A program made the position numbers and the translations under genes. From assembly GCF_988243305.1 (NCBI RefSeq), contig NZ_OZ547136.1: a stretch of 64,000 bases of DNA; one strand, 5' to 3'. Shown piece by piece: positions 1-8,922 of the stretch; the first letter of the stretch is position 1; every line of letters starts with the position of its first letter. The notes below the pieces were generated by a model. The model worked only from the letters and a program-made list of their open reading frames with translations, had not been told where the DNA came from and made no database searches.

Positions 1-109
1 CCTGAAGAAGAAAACCAACCCAGGTTACTCCGCAATTGGTCGTCTGAAAGGCCTGGCCGAAGTTCGCGGTGTCGAACTGGCGATCCAGCGCGCTTTCTTT
101 AGCCGTTAA
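1..109 (+). CDS. uxuA: Mannonate dehydratase UxuA, 3' end (5' end outside window)
   Basis: The frame starting at nt 2 reads [35 protein letters not shown] and stops at TAA 107-109. It sits directly upstream of uxuB, as in the E. coli uxuAB operon. The sequence matches my recollection of the UxuA C-terminus. Confidence 0.8.
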
Positions 110-189
110 TATCCACCGGCATGGCTGCGCGCCGTGCCGGTTCCTTCTTCCTTGCCGTCACTCTCTGAAGACGGATTCTGGAGTTTACG

Positions 190-1650
190 ATGACTACTAT
201 TGTTGACAGCAATCTGCCGGTTGCCCGCCCGTCATGGGATCATTCTCGTCTGGAATCACGCATTGTGCATCTCGGTTGCGGGGCGTTTCACCGCGCGCAC
301 CAGGCGCTGTATACCCATCATCTGCTGGAAAGCACCGACAGCGACTGGGGTATCTGCGAAGTTAACCTGATGCCAGGTAACGACCGCGTGCTGATCGAAA
401 ACCTGAAAAAACAGCAACTGCTGTACACCGTGGCGGAAAAAGGCGCAGAAAGCACCGAGCTGAAAATTATCGGTTCGATGAAAGAAGCGCTGCATCCGGA
501 AATCGACGGCTGCGAAGGTATTCTCAACGCGATGGCGCGTCCGCAGACGGCGATTGTCTCCCTGACGGTCACAGAGAAAGGTTATTGTGCCGATGCGGCA
601 AGCGGTCAGTTGGATCTCAATAACCCGCTGATCAAGCACGATCTGGAAAACCCGACTGCGCCGAAGTCCGCGATTGGTTACATCGTCGAAGCCTTGCGTC
701 TGCGTCGTGAAAAAGGGCTGAAAGCGTTTACGGTGATGTCCTGCGACAACGTGCGTGAAAACGGTCATGTGGCGAAGGTCGCGGTTCTGGGGCTGGCTCA
801 GGCGCGTGATCCACAGCTGGCGGCATGGATTGAAGAGAACGTCACCTTCCCGTGCACCATGGTTGACCGCATCGTTCCGGCGGCGACGGCAGAAACCTTA
901 CAGGAAATTGCTGACCAGCTGGGTGTTTACGACCCATGCGCCATTGCCTGCGAACCGTTCCGTCAGTGGGTGATTGAAGATAACTTCGTTAATGGTCGTC
1001 CGGACTGGGATAAAGTGGGCGCACAGTTCGTTGCAGACGTTGTGCCGTTCGAAATGATGAAACTGCGTATGCTGAACGGCAGCCACTCTTTCCTGGCGTA
1101 CCTCGGTTACCTCGGCGGCTATGAAACCATTGCCGACACCATGACTAACCCGGATTATCGCAAAGCGGCCTTCGCCCTGATGATGCAGGAACAAGCGCCA
1201 ACGCTGTCGATGCCGGAAGGTACAGACCTGAACGCCTATGCGACGCTGCTGATCGAGCGTTTCAGTAACCCGTCTCTGCGTCACCGTACCTGGCAGATTG
1301 CGATGGACGGCAGCCAGAAGTTACCGCAGCGTCTGCTGGATCCGGTGCGTCTGCACCTGCAAAACGGCGGTAGCTGGCGTCACCTGGCGCTGGGCGTGGC
1401 TGGCTGGATGCGTTACACCCAGGGCGTGGATGAGCAGGGTAAAGCTATTGACGTGGTCGACCCGATGCTGGCGGAGTTCCAGAAGATCAACGCGCAGTAT
1501 CAGGGCGCAGACCGCGTGAAAGCGCTGCTGGGCCTGAGCGGTATCTTTGCCGATGATCTGCCGCAGAATGCCGACTTTGTTGGCGCGGTGACGGCGGCAT
1601 ATCAGCAGCTGTGCGAACGCGGTGCGCGCGAGTGTGTGGCTGCGCTGTAA
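190..1650 (+). CDS. uxuB: D-mannonate oxidoreductase (fructuronate reductase family)
   Basis: 486-aa ORF with an N-terminal Rossmann GxGxF motif (HLGCGAFHRAH). Length and the uxuA-uxuB-uxuR context are as in K-12. Confidence 0.93.
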   Translation: MTTIVDSNLPVARPSWDHSRLESRIVHLGCGAFHRAHQALYTHHLLESTDSDWGICEVNLMPGNDRVLIENLKKQQLLYTVAEKGAESTELKIIGSMKEALHPEIDGCEGILNAMARPQTAIVSLTVTEKGYCADAASGQLDLNNPLIKHDLENPTAPKSAIGYIVEALRLRREKGLKAFTVMSCDNVRENGHVAKVAVLGLAQARDPQLAAWIEENVTFPCTMVDRIVPAATAETLQEIADQLGVYDPCAIACEPFRQWVIEDNFVNGRPDWDKVGAQFVADVVPFEMMKLRMLNGSHSFLAYLGYLGGYETIADTMTNPDYRKAAFALMMQEQAPTLSMPEGTDLNAYATLLIERFSNPSLRHRTWQIAMDGSQKLPQRLLDPVRLHLQNGGSWRHLALGVAGWMRYTQGVDEQGKAIDVVDPMLAEFQKINAQYQGADRVKALLGLSGIFADDLPQNADFVGAVTAAYQQLCERGARECVAAL

Positions 1651-1673
1651 CTAACTGATTACCCTACAGACTT

Positions 1674-1720
1674 ACTGGTCAATCAAACGCATATTTGGTT
1701 GACCAGTTTTCGTTTTTTTG
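1674..1720 (+). terminator. Rho-independent terminator after uxuB
   Basis: The 9-bp stem actggtcaa (1674-1682) pairs with ttgaccagt (1699-1707). It is followed by the T-rich tract tttcgttttttt. Confidence 0.7.
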
Positions 1721-1789
1721 CCCACCTGTACGTGCCAACTTCCAGTGCTAATGGTATAGTTTGAGATTAACGGGTGCCGTAAAATTGCC

Positions 1790-1830
1790 CGTTGTAGGCC
1801 GGATAAGGCATTCACGCCGCATCCGGCAAA
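1790..1830. repeat. REP (repetitive extragenic palindrome) element
   Basis: The sequence tgtaggccggataaggcattcacgccgcatccggca is a canonical E. coli REP palindrome (GCCGGATAAGGC...GCATCCGGC) in the uxuB-uxuR intergenic region. Confidence 0.8.
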
Positions 1831-1863
1831 ATTTGATTAACCGCACCTAACGGACACAACACC

Positions 1864-2637
1864 ATGAAATCTGCCACCTCTGCGCAAAGACCTTACCAGG
1901 AAGTCGGGGCGATGATCCGCGATCTGATCATAAAGACGCCGTACAATCCTGGCGAACGGCTGCCGCCGGAGCGTGAAATTGCAGAAATGCTTGATGTCAC
2001 GCGGACGGTGGTACGTGAAGCGCTGATCATGCTGGAGATCAAAGGGCTGGTGGAAGTGCGCCGGGGTGCCGGTATTTATGTTCTTGATAGCTCAGACAGC
2101 CAGAACACAGACAGTCCGGATGCCAACGTCTGCAATGATGCCGGTCCTTTTGAGCTGTTACAGGCGCGTCAGTTACTGGAAAGTAACATCGCGGAATTTG
2201 CCGCCCTGCAGGCTACCCGCGAAGATATCGTCAAAATGCGTCAGGCATTGCAACTGGAAGAGCGTGAGCTTGCTTCCAGCGCGCCGGGCAGCAGCGAAAG
2301 TGGTGACATGCAGTTCCATCTCGCCATTGCCGAAGCGACGCATAACAGCATGCTGGTGGAGCTATTCCGTCAGTCCTGGCAGTGGCGGGAAAACAATCCG
2401 ATGTGGATCCAGTTGCACAGCCATCTGGATGACAGCCTGTATCGCAAAGAGTGGTTGGGCGATCACAAACAGATCCTCGCCGCGTTAATCAAAAAAGATG
2501 CCCGTGCGGCGAAGCTGGCAATGTGGCAGCATCTGGAAAACGTTAAGCAACGTCTGCTGGAATTCTCGAACGTTGACGATATTTATTTTGACGGCTATCT
2601 GTTTGATTCATGGCCGTTGGATAAAGTCGACGCCTGA
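1864..2637 (+). CDS. uxuR: GntR/FadR-family repressor of hexuronate genes
   Basis: 257-aa ORF. It has an N-terminal GntR winged helix (LPPEREIAEMLDVTRTVVREALIMLEIKGLVEVRRGAGIYV) and an FCD-type C-terminal domain. The position is as in K-12. Confidence 0.93.
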   Translation: MKSATSAQRPYQEVGAMIRDLIIKTPYNPGERLPPEREIAEMLDVTRTVVREALIMLEIKGLVEVRRGAGIYVLDSSDSQNTDSPDANVCNDAGPFELLQARQLLESNIAEFAALQATREDIVKMRQALQLEERELASSAPGSSESGDMQFHLAIAEATHNSMLVELFRQSWQWRENNPMWIQLHSHLDDSLYRKEWLGDHKQILAALIKKDARAAKLAMWQHLENVKQRLLEFSNVDDIYFDGYLFDSWPLDKVDA

Positions 2638-2648
2638 CTGATTATGAT

Positions 2649-2681
2649 AAGCGCAAGGGTAAACGTTCCTTGCGCTTTCTT
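2649..2681 (+). terminator. Rho-independent terminator after uxuR
   Basis: The stem aagcgcaagg (2649-2658) pairs with ccttgcgctt (2668-2677) around a 9-nt loop. The hairpin is followed by tctt. Confidence 0.65.
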
Positions 2682-2777
2682 AAATTAAGAAGTCGCAATG
2701 AGTATTACTTTGTAAATTGCAGGGTATTGTTTAAATATCTGTATAACCTGAATGTTAGTACTCATTCTTCTCAGTAG

Positions 2778-3608
2778 TCATTTACCAATATAATTCCATT
2801 CACCATTTTTTAATTCAAACAGTTCTGGAAGAGATGACGGTTGCAGAGTCATGCGTTTGAGTGGCGCATCTTCATCACCGGGGATAACTTTATATCCCAT
2901 TTTTGCATGGATCTCCGCGGTACCTGGATAGGCTTCTATACCAATTATTGGGTCATTTCCCATTCCAATATTAGCATTAAGTAATGCGGCAAGGGCGAAT
3001 CCGGAAGAATTTGCTACCCCGGTTACCGTCATTATCTGATCAATATAGATATCAATTCTTGGCTGCTCATTGGTCCATCTTTTTGCCTGAGAAGCTGGAA
3101 GGGTTGAAATATATCCTATCGTGGTTCCGGCATAACCAGGAACATTGCAACCAGGGCCTAATGTTATTTCATGAACTGTATAGTCCTCAACAGGATCGAA
3201 AGGGCTCTTCATAAATAAATTTAGCCGTAAACCTTCTGCTAACTCTGTGGCAGCATGCGCCTTTTTACATATACCACCATATATTTCGTCTAAAGCTGAG
3301 GTGATTTTCAAGTTTCGATAGAGCATACGCCCTGTTGTTGTAATACCATTGAATTCGCTGCATGTTTCTGTTACATAATTAAATGGCCAGGACTGTTTGC
3401 CAATATTAAGTTTTCTAATTTCGACAACGCTTTTTCCATCGTAATTATGGTTATTGCCACGAGTAAGAGGCAGAAGATAGATATTTTCCGTATCCATGCG
3501 TGCATATTCATATCGACGTGTTAACTCATTGTCGACTTTTGGGTGATGAAGGAAGTGATTATTTGTATTGAATTGGTTATTAGCGGCATTGCTTAATGGC
3601 ATAGACAT
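2778..3608 (-). CDS. yjiC: Uncharacterised protein YjiC
   Basis: 276-aa ORF in an AT-rich context. Length and position (between uxuR and iraD) match K-12 yjiC. I cannot assign a function from the sequence. Confidence 0.8.
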   Translation of the reverse strand: MSMPLSNAANNQFNTNNHFLHHPKVDNELTRRYEYARMDTENIYLLPLTRGNNHNYDGKSVVEIRKLNIGKQSWPFNYVTETCSEFNGITTTGRMLYRNLKITSALDEIYGGICKKAHAATELAEGLRLNLFMKSPFDPVEDYTVHEITLGPGCNVPGYAGTTIGYISTLPASQAKRWTNEQPRIDIYIDQIMTVTGVANSSGFALAALLNANIGMGNDPIIGIEAYPGTAEIHAKMGYKVIPGDEDAPLKRMTLQPSSLPELFELKNGEWNYIGK

Positions 3609-4200
3609 AATAGTTACCTTTTATGAGTATTTCAATGATGTTTAGAAAAATAGATAAATTTTTCTGTAGTAAAAAGAGAAGTAAACAAATGACATGCATG
3701 TTTCTGTTGTAGTGATATCAACTCTACACGGTGATATTAAAGGGTGGGAAACACTATAAAGTATCAAAAAACGCTCATTTAAAATTATTTGCATGCAATT
3801 TAAAAGCATATCTTATTACTAATTGGAATTTGATGTTGCTATATTGATGTCTATATTAATAATGCCTGTGAATGGTATTTTTGATGTATTTGATATGTTA
3901 TCAATTTATATTATTTACAAACTAATTGTTTCAAATAATACATGGCTGATTATGCGAAGATAAATAATTGCTTTCCGGGATTATGTAGCGACGGTGACAA
4001 GTATTTTCATCTACGTAACTATTCGGAATATTCAGAATATACTAGCAGTTTTTTTTTGAGTTTGATGATTTTTATCAAATCATGACTTTTTTCCTGAAAA
4101 GTCAGTAGATATTCATAGGCAAGTAAGGTTTTATACTTTGCTGACAGGATTCAGGCCTGTCTCAGACTGACATGGATGTAATGAACAAAAGGGAATGGCT

Positions 4201-4284
4201 ATGGAAAATGAGCATCAATACAGTGGTGCCCGGTGTTCAGGGCAAGCCGCATATGTTGCTAAACGTCAGGAGTGCGCAAAATGA
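4201..4284 (+). CDS. idlP: iraD leader peptide (27-aa uORF translationally coupled to iraD)
   Basis: Read by hand; the ORF is too short for the ORF track. It encodes [27 protein letters not shown] and is preceded by an aggga Shine-Dalgarno. Its TGA (4282-4284) overlaps the iraD ATG (4281-4283) as aATGAtg. This matches the published idlP-iraD coupling and CsrA model. Confidence 0.75.
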   Translation: MENEHQYSGARCSGQAAYVAKRQECAK

Positions 4285-4673
4285 TGCGCCAATCACTTCA
4301 GGCTGTTTTACCTGAAATTTCAGGCAATAAAACGTCATCGCTGCGTAAATCGGTATGCAGCGATCTCCTCACTCTTTTTAATTCTCCTCATTCGGCATTA
4401 CCGTCATTACTTGTTTCAGGCATGCCCGAGTGGCAAGTGCATAACCAGAGCGACAAACATCTTCAGAGCTGGTATTGCCGTCAGCTGCGTTCTGCACTGT
4501 TATTTCATGAGCCACGGATTGCGGCGTTGCAGGTCAATTTGAAAGAAGCGTACAGCCACACGCTGGCGATCAGCCTTGAGATAATGCTGTACCACGACGA
4601 TGAACCGCTAACGTTTGATCTGGTCTGGGATAATGGCGGTTGGCGTAGTGCGACGCTGGAGAATGTCAGCTAA
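4281..4673 (+). CDS. iraD: RpoS anti-adaptor IraD (GPW/gp25-like fold)
   Basis: The ORF track gives a GTG start at 4272. The ATG at 4281 gives 130 aa ([17 protein letters not shown]...), as in K-12 IraD. The gene converges on hypT with an 8-nt overlap. Confidence 0.9.
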   Translation: MMRQSLQAVLPEISGNKTSSLRKSVCSDLLTLFNSPHSALPSLLVSGMPEWQVHNQSDKHLQSWYCRQLRSALLFHEPRIAALQVNLKEAYSHTLAISLEIMLYHDDEPLTFDLVWDNGGWRSATLENVS

Positions 4674-5577
4674 GCACAATCTCCAGCTCGCGCAGTTCAC
4701 GCCAGAAGCGTTCGGCAACGGGATTCATACGGGTGTTCATCCGGTATGCGTAGGCCTGAATCGGGATCACCAGTTCGTCCCGATTAAGCACAACGAGCTG
4801 CCCGCTGCGAATTTCTTGTTGGATGGCGTACTCCGGCAGCCAGGCAATCCCACAGCCGTCGAGGGCAACCTGCTTTAATAGCTCGCTCATCGAAGAGACA
4901 AAAAAGGTGCTGAAACTTAACTCGCTGTGGCGCGTCAGGGTGCGATTAATCAATCGCCCCATGTAGGAGTTGCGGCTGTAATTCAGTAACGGAAAGTGTG
5001 GCTGCGCGAGGTTAAACAGTGCTTCTCCGTGTTCGTCACTGGCGCAGACGGGGAATAATTGAGATTCAAATAAGCGAATGTGGTCAAACGGCGCTTCCAG
5101 CAAATCTTCGTCGTGAAAGGAAAAAATACAGTCACTTTGCCCTTCACGCAGTTTATCGACCGCTTCATCGACATCAATGGCTTCAATCGCCCAGGTAAAG
5201 AACGGCGGCATCTGGCTGATAATGGACGGTAACAGGCCGAGGGAAAGAGAGTGTGCAGCGGCTATCTTGATTTTACGTTGCGCGTAATCGCTGCCGCCAC
5301 GCAGCTCTGCCAGGTTGCTTTCTAACTGTTGCAACAGATGGCGGATCTGCGAATGGAAGATTTTCCCTTGTTCCGAGAGTTGCAGCGGCGTCACCTGGCG
5401 GTTAAACAATTCAACGCCAATCGCCTGTTCCAGTGCACGGATGCGGCGGCTGAATGCCGGTTGTGAGACGTTGCGACTGACTGCTGCCTGGGAAAAGTTG
5501 CGGCATTTTTCCAGGGTCAGAAAATCATAAAGCCATTTTGTTTCAATATTATGCAAAACCGCACCACAGTCATCCAT
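4666..5577 (-). CDS. hypT: LysR-family hypochlorite-responsive regulator
   Basis: 303-aa ORF with an N-terminal LysR HTH ([31 protein letters not shown]). Length and position are as K-12 yjiE/hypT. Confidence 0.9.
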   Translation of the reverse strand: MDDCGAVLHNIETKWLYDFLTLEKCRNFSQAAVSRNVSQPAFSRRIRALEQAIGVELFNRQVTPLQLSEQGKIFHSQIRHLLQQLESNLAELRGGSDYAQRKIKIAAAHSLSLGLLPSIISQMPPFFTWAIEAIDVDEAVDKLREGQSDCIFSFHDEDLLEAPFDHIRLFESQLFPVCASDEHGEALFNLAQPHFPLLNYSRNSYMGRLINRTLTRHSELSFSTFFVSSMSELLKQVALDGCGIAWLPEYAIQQEIRSGQLVVLNRDELVIPIQAYAYRMNTRMNPVAERFWRELRELEIVLS

Positions 5578-5641
5578 TACGTTTTACTCTGTCAGCCGCC
5601 CTTGCGGGCATTCTACGTCCATTCGGGCGGCTGACAACCGT

Positions 5642-6814
5642 TTAAGCCATTTCAAACGTTCCTTTCACGCAGGCTTTGCCGTCTTTGACCATCAGTTTGC
5701 CGCGAGCGTATACCTGCTCAATGCGCAATTCTGGCGTCATGACCAGTAAGTCTGCGTCATTGCCTGGCAGAATTTCGCCTTTCCCGCTCAGGTTAAGGAA
5801 ACCGGCTACGCTACTGGTGAGCGGGCGCAGGGCATCGCTGATACTGAAATCATAGTCTTTGACCAGCACCTGCACGGTTTCCAGCAACGTTTCAAAACCT
5901 GCAACACCGATATGGGTTAAATTCCCTTCGTCATCGAAGAACGGCTGGCTACCGTTGCCGTCGGAGCTGAGGGTGACGCGTGCCAGCGGAATACCGGCCT
6001 GAACGGCGCGGGCAATACCTTCGGCAGGGGCAACCGGTTCGTCAATGCTGCTGGTGATGTCGATAGTGCCGCCTTTGCGCGCGAACTCCAGCGCCTGCTC
6101 AAACAACGGTACGTTGCGGTTAACGTGGGTCGGCAGCAGCTTGCTGATCGGCACATCGCAGTTTTCCAGCAGGTCATAGACAGGCTGTAACGCCTTTTTA
6201 CTGTCGCCCATGTGGAACACGGTGACGCCAGGTTTACCGCCGAGCAAACCGCCAACGCGGGATTCTGCCGCCATATTAGCCAGGTGATAAACGTCCGGTG
6301 CGGCAGAACGGTGATCAGAGATGGCGCATTTCACGCCAATCACACGATCGATAATCGCCACGTCTTTTTCCACGGAACCCGTAATAGTGCGGGAAGGGAC
6401 ATGATAAGCGCCGGTCAGCATCCAGGCGCTGATGCCTTCTTCATTGAGCGCACGGGTCTTGGCGAGCAGGGATTCCGGGTGACGAGAGATAGAGTCAGTG
6501 CCGAGCAGACCAACCACTGACGTGACGCCCGCTTCCGTCAGACGACTTAACGCCACTTCCGGCGTGCGCGTCGTGGGACCTGCTTCACCGCCACCGCCAA
6601 TTAAATGAACGTGTTGATCAATAAAACCTGGGCAGAGGATCTGCCCGCTGAGATCGACAACCGTGCAGTCCGGTACAATATCAGAAGGGATATTACTGGC
6701 AACGGCGATAATTTTGCCGTTAGCGACGAGGACATCGCAAACTCCCCGATCTTCCGGCGCATACAAATGCGCTCCCTGCAGCAGGGTAAAACCGGCTGCG
6801 GTATAATCAATCAT
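5642..6814 (-). CDS. iadA: Isoaspartyl dipeptidase (amidohydrolase superfamily)
   Basis: 390-aa ORF with the metal-binding motif GFIDQHVHLIGGGGEAG. It is the first gene of the iadA-yjiG-yjiH operon, as in K-12. Confidence 0.92.
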   Translation of the reverse strand: MIDYTAAGFTLLQGAHLYAPEDRGVCDVLVANGKIIAVASNIPSDIVPDCTVVDLSGQILCPGFIDQHVHLIGGGGEAGPTTRTPEVALSRLTEAGVTSVVGLLGTDSISRHPESLLAKTRALNEEGISAWMLTGAYHVPSRTITGSVEKDVAIIDRVIGVKCAISDHRSAAPDVYHLANMAAESRVGGLLGGKPGVTVFHMGDSKKALQPVYDLLENCDVPISKLLPTHVNRNVPLFEQALEFARKGGTIDITSSIDEPVAPAEGIARAVQAGIPLARVTLSSDGNGSQPFFDDEGNLTHIGVAGFETLLETVQVLVKDYDFSISDALRPLTSSVAGFLNLSGKGEILPGNDADLLVMTPELRIEQVYARGKLMVKDGKACVKGTFEMA

Positions 6815-6826
6815 GGTAACTCCTTG

Positions 6827-7288
6827 TTAAACAATAAGCTGCATAACCCAGATCGACAGCAATGCGTTAATCACGCAGACCGTAATGATATGCGGGTAAT
6901 ATTTGGCATTCACTTCGGCTGTCCCCAGGCAGCGACCGACATTTTGCACCGGGTTGCCCATTAAATACATCGCGGGCAGTAAAACGGTGACATCGTGACC
7001 GGTTAATGCGCCAGCGGTTGCCAGACTGGCGGCAACACCGACTGCGCCACCCATACTCATTAATGCGGCTAAAAGGACGGTTGCCGCTTCACCTGGCAAT
7101 CCCCACAGCGCCATTACCGGTTCACAGATATGCCCCACCCAGTCGAGCAGGCCGGTAATTTTCAGCGCCTGAATGATGACAAACGCCATCACCACGTTTG
7201 GTAGCAGGTTGGTGGTGGCGATAGTAAAGCCACGGCGCGCGCCATCGATAAACATATCCATGACGTTTTTGCGGACCTGAGTTGTCAT
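6827..7288 (-). CDS. yjiG: Inner-membrane protein YjiG (SpmB/nucleoside-recognition family)
   Basis: 153-aa hydrophobic ORF. It overlaps the yjiH stop by 4 nt (7285-7288), indicating translational coupling. Confidence 0.88.
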   Translation of the reverse strand: MTTQVRKNVMDMFIDGARRGFTIATTNLLPNVVMAFVIIQALKITGLLDWVGHICEPVMALWGLPGEAATVLLAALMSMGGAVGVAASLATAGALTGHDVTVLLPAMYLMGNPVQNVGRCLGTAEVNAKYYPHIITVCVINALLSIWVMQLIV

Positions 7289-7968
7289 GCTTGCGCTCCT
7301 TGCGTTGGGTTGCGACGTTCTTCGAAGTTAAGCCAGACGCGCAAAATGTTGGCTCCGACAAATTTAAACACCAGGATGACTGCTAAAGGTACGATTACGG
7401 ACGTGCCCAGAAAGGCAAACACCGCGACGCCGGAAGAGAAGTAGTTGGTGATGATGGCGCTACCACTGGTTTGATATGCGGCGAAAATCACTTTATCGCG
7501 TTCGGTAATTTCACCTTCCTGCGCCAGCTCTTTGGTCATACCGGCGGCGGCATCAGTGTTTTGCAGGTTAGCGATCAGCGCCAGCGAGCAGATCCCTGGA
7601 ATACCCAACAACGGTTTTAGCACAGGTGTCATTAACTGCTGCGCGGCGCGTAATCCACCAAGACCATCGGTAATTGAAATAATCCCCAGAGAGAGAATGA
7701 CTGACGGTGCCAGCTCCAGCGCAAAGAGAAAGCCATCTTTAGCCCCCGCGCCACCCGCGCCGCGAAACGAGGTGGTGGCTCCGTTCGCACCAGGCAGTTG
7801 CCCAAACGATCCGTTCAGCACGGAAAAATCAAAAACGCGCCACCAACTGTCTGTCCCGGAAAAAACACCGGAAAAAAAGATTATGGTGAGAAAAAAAGCC
7901 AGATACCCTTTAATGCCCACTTTTTCTGTCGCCAGCTCCCCGGCTACAGCATCCCCTTGTTGTGTCAT
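7285..7968 (-). CDS. yjiH: Inner-membrane protein YjiH
   Basis: The track ORF is 231 aa. The internal start MTQQGDAVAGE gives 227 aa, as I recall for K-12. The protein is polytopic and hydrophobic. Confidence 0.85.
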   Translation of the reverse strand: MTQQGDAVAGELATEKVGIKGYLAFFLTIIFFSGVFSGTDSWWRVFDFSVLNGSFGQLPGANGATTSFRGAGGAGAKDGFLFALELAPSVILSLGIISITDGLGGLRAAQQLMTPVLKPLLGIPGICSLALIANLQNTDAAAGMTKELAQEGEITERDKVIFAAYQTSGSAIITNYFSSGVAVFAFLGTSVIVPLAVILVFKFVGANILRVWLNFEERRNPTQGAQA

Positions 7969-8217
7969 AACAATCCCCATTGTTTTTTTGTGTTTGTGTG
8001 TTGCTTGAGCCAGGAAAATTCCTGGAGCTGAAAAACCTTATCAGCCATGTGGGTATGGGGAAAATGCAAGTATGTTTCTGGCTATGCGTTTTTTGCATAG
8101 CGGAAAAATTACGCTGTGGGGAAAAGGTTCTGCGCAGGATTGAGTTGCAGTAAATTCATAAACCCAGTGACAATGACATCAGTAAATTAAAGCAGAAAAT
8201 CCAGGGACGAAAACGAG

Positions 8218-8802
8218 ATGGCAAAGTACAACGAAAAAGAGCTGGCGGATACGAGCAAGTTTTTAAGTTTTGTCCTCCGACACAAACCGGAGGCGATTGG
8301 TATCGTACTGGACCGTGAAGGATGGGCGGATATCGATAAGCTCATACTTTGTGCCCAAAAATCGGGCAAGCGGTTAACCCGTGCATTGCTGGATACCGTT
8401 GTCGCCACCAGCGATAAAAAGCGTTTTAGTTATTCCAGTGATGGTAGGTGCATTCGCGCGGTTCAGGGGCATTCGACTTCGCAGGTCGCCATTTCCTTTG
8501 CCGAAAAAACACCGCCACAGTTTCTTTACCACGGTACGGCAAGCCGTTTCCTTGACGAGATAAAAAAACAGGGGCTGATTGCAGGGGTGCGTCACTACGT
8601 ACATCTCTCTGCTGATGAAGCAACGGCACGCAAAGTGGGAGCAAGACACGGATCGCCGGTTATTTTAACCGTCAAAGCACAGGAAATGGCGAAACGAGGC
8701 CTCCCTTTCTGGCAAGCGGAAAACGGGGTCTGGCTGACATCAACGGTTGCTGTTGAGTTTCTTGAGTGGCCGTTCATGCCGGCTGGGGTACAAAAACAAT
8801 AA
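8218..8802 (+). CDS. kptA: RNA 2'-phosphotransferase (Tpt1/KptA)
   Basis: 194-aa ORF with Tpt1 motifs ([25 protein letters not shown]). It appears about 10 aa longer at the C-terminus than I recall for K-12 (184 aa). Confidence 0.9.
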   Translation: MAKYNEKELADTSKFLSFVLRHKPEAIGIVLDREGWADIDKLILCAQKSGKRLTRALLDTVVATSDKKRFSYSSDGRCIRAVQGHSTSQVAISFAEKTPPQFLYHGTASRFLDEIKKQGLIAGVRHYVHLSADEATARKVGARHGSPVILTVKAQEMAKRGLPFWQAENGVWLTSTVAVEFLEWPFMPAGVQKQ

Positions 8803-8825
8803 ATTCAATATATTGCAGGGGTTAT

Positions 8826-8856
8826 ATAGGCCTGATAAGCGCAGCGCATCAGGTAA
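8826..8856. repeat. REP element
   Basis: The sequence ggcctgataagcgcagcgcatcaggtaatg is a REP-type palindrome downstream of kptA. Confidence 0.7.
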
Positions 8857-8922
8857 TGTAGCGTTTGTTATCAGTCGGAAAGGATACCCTCGCACAAGGG
8901 TATCCTTAATAACCTACTAAAA

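Noticed and set aside
3609-4200. About 600 bp of very AT-rich non-coding DNA between yjiC and iraD, inspected for decayed mobile-element ends, small RNAs or hidden ORFs
   Set aside because: No inverted terminal repeats, no tandem repeats and no credible ORF were found apart from idlP at 4201. The region is most simply the long, curved, H-NS-type regulatory region known to precede iraD (two promoters). Nothing further can be supported from sequence alone.
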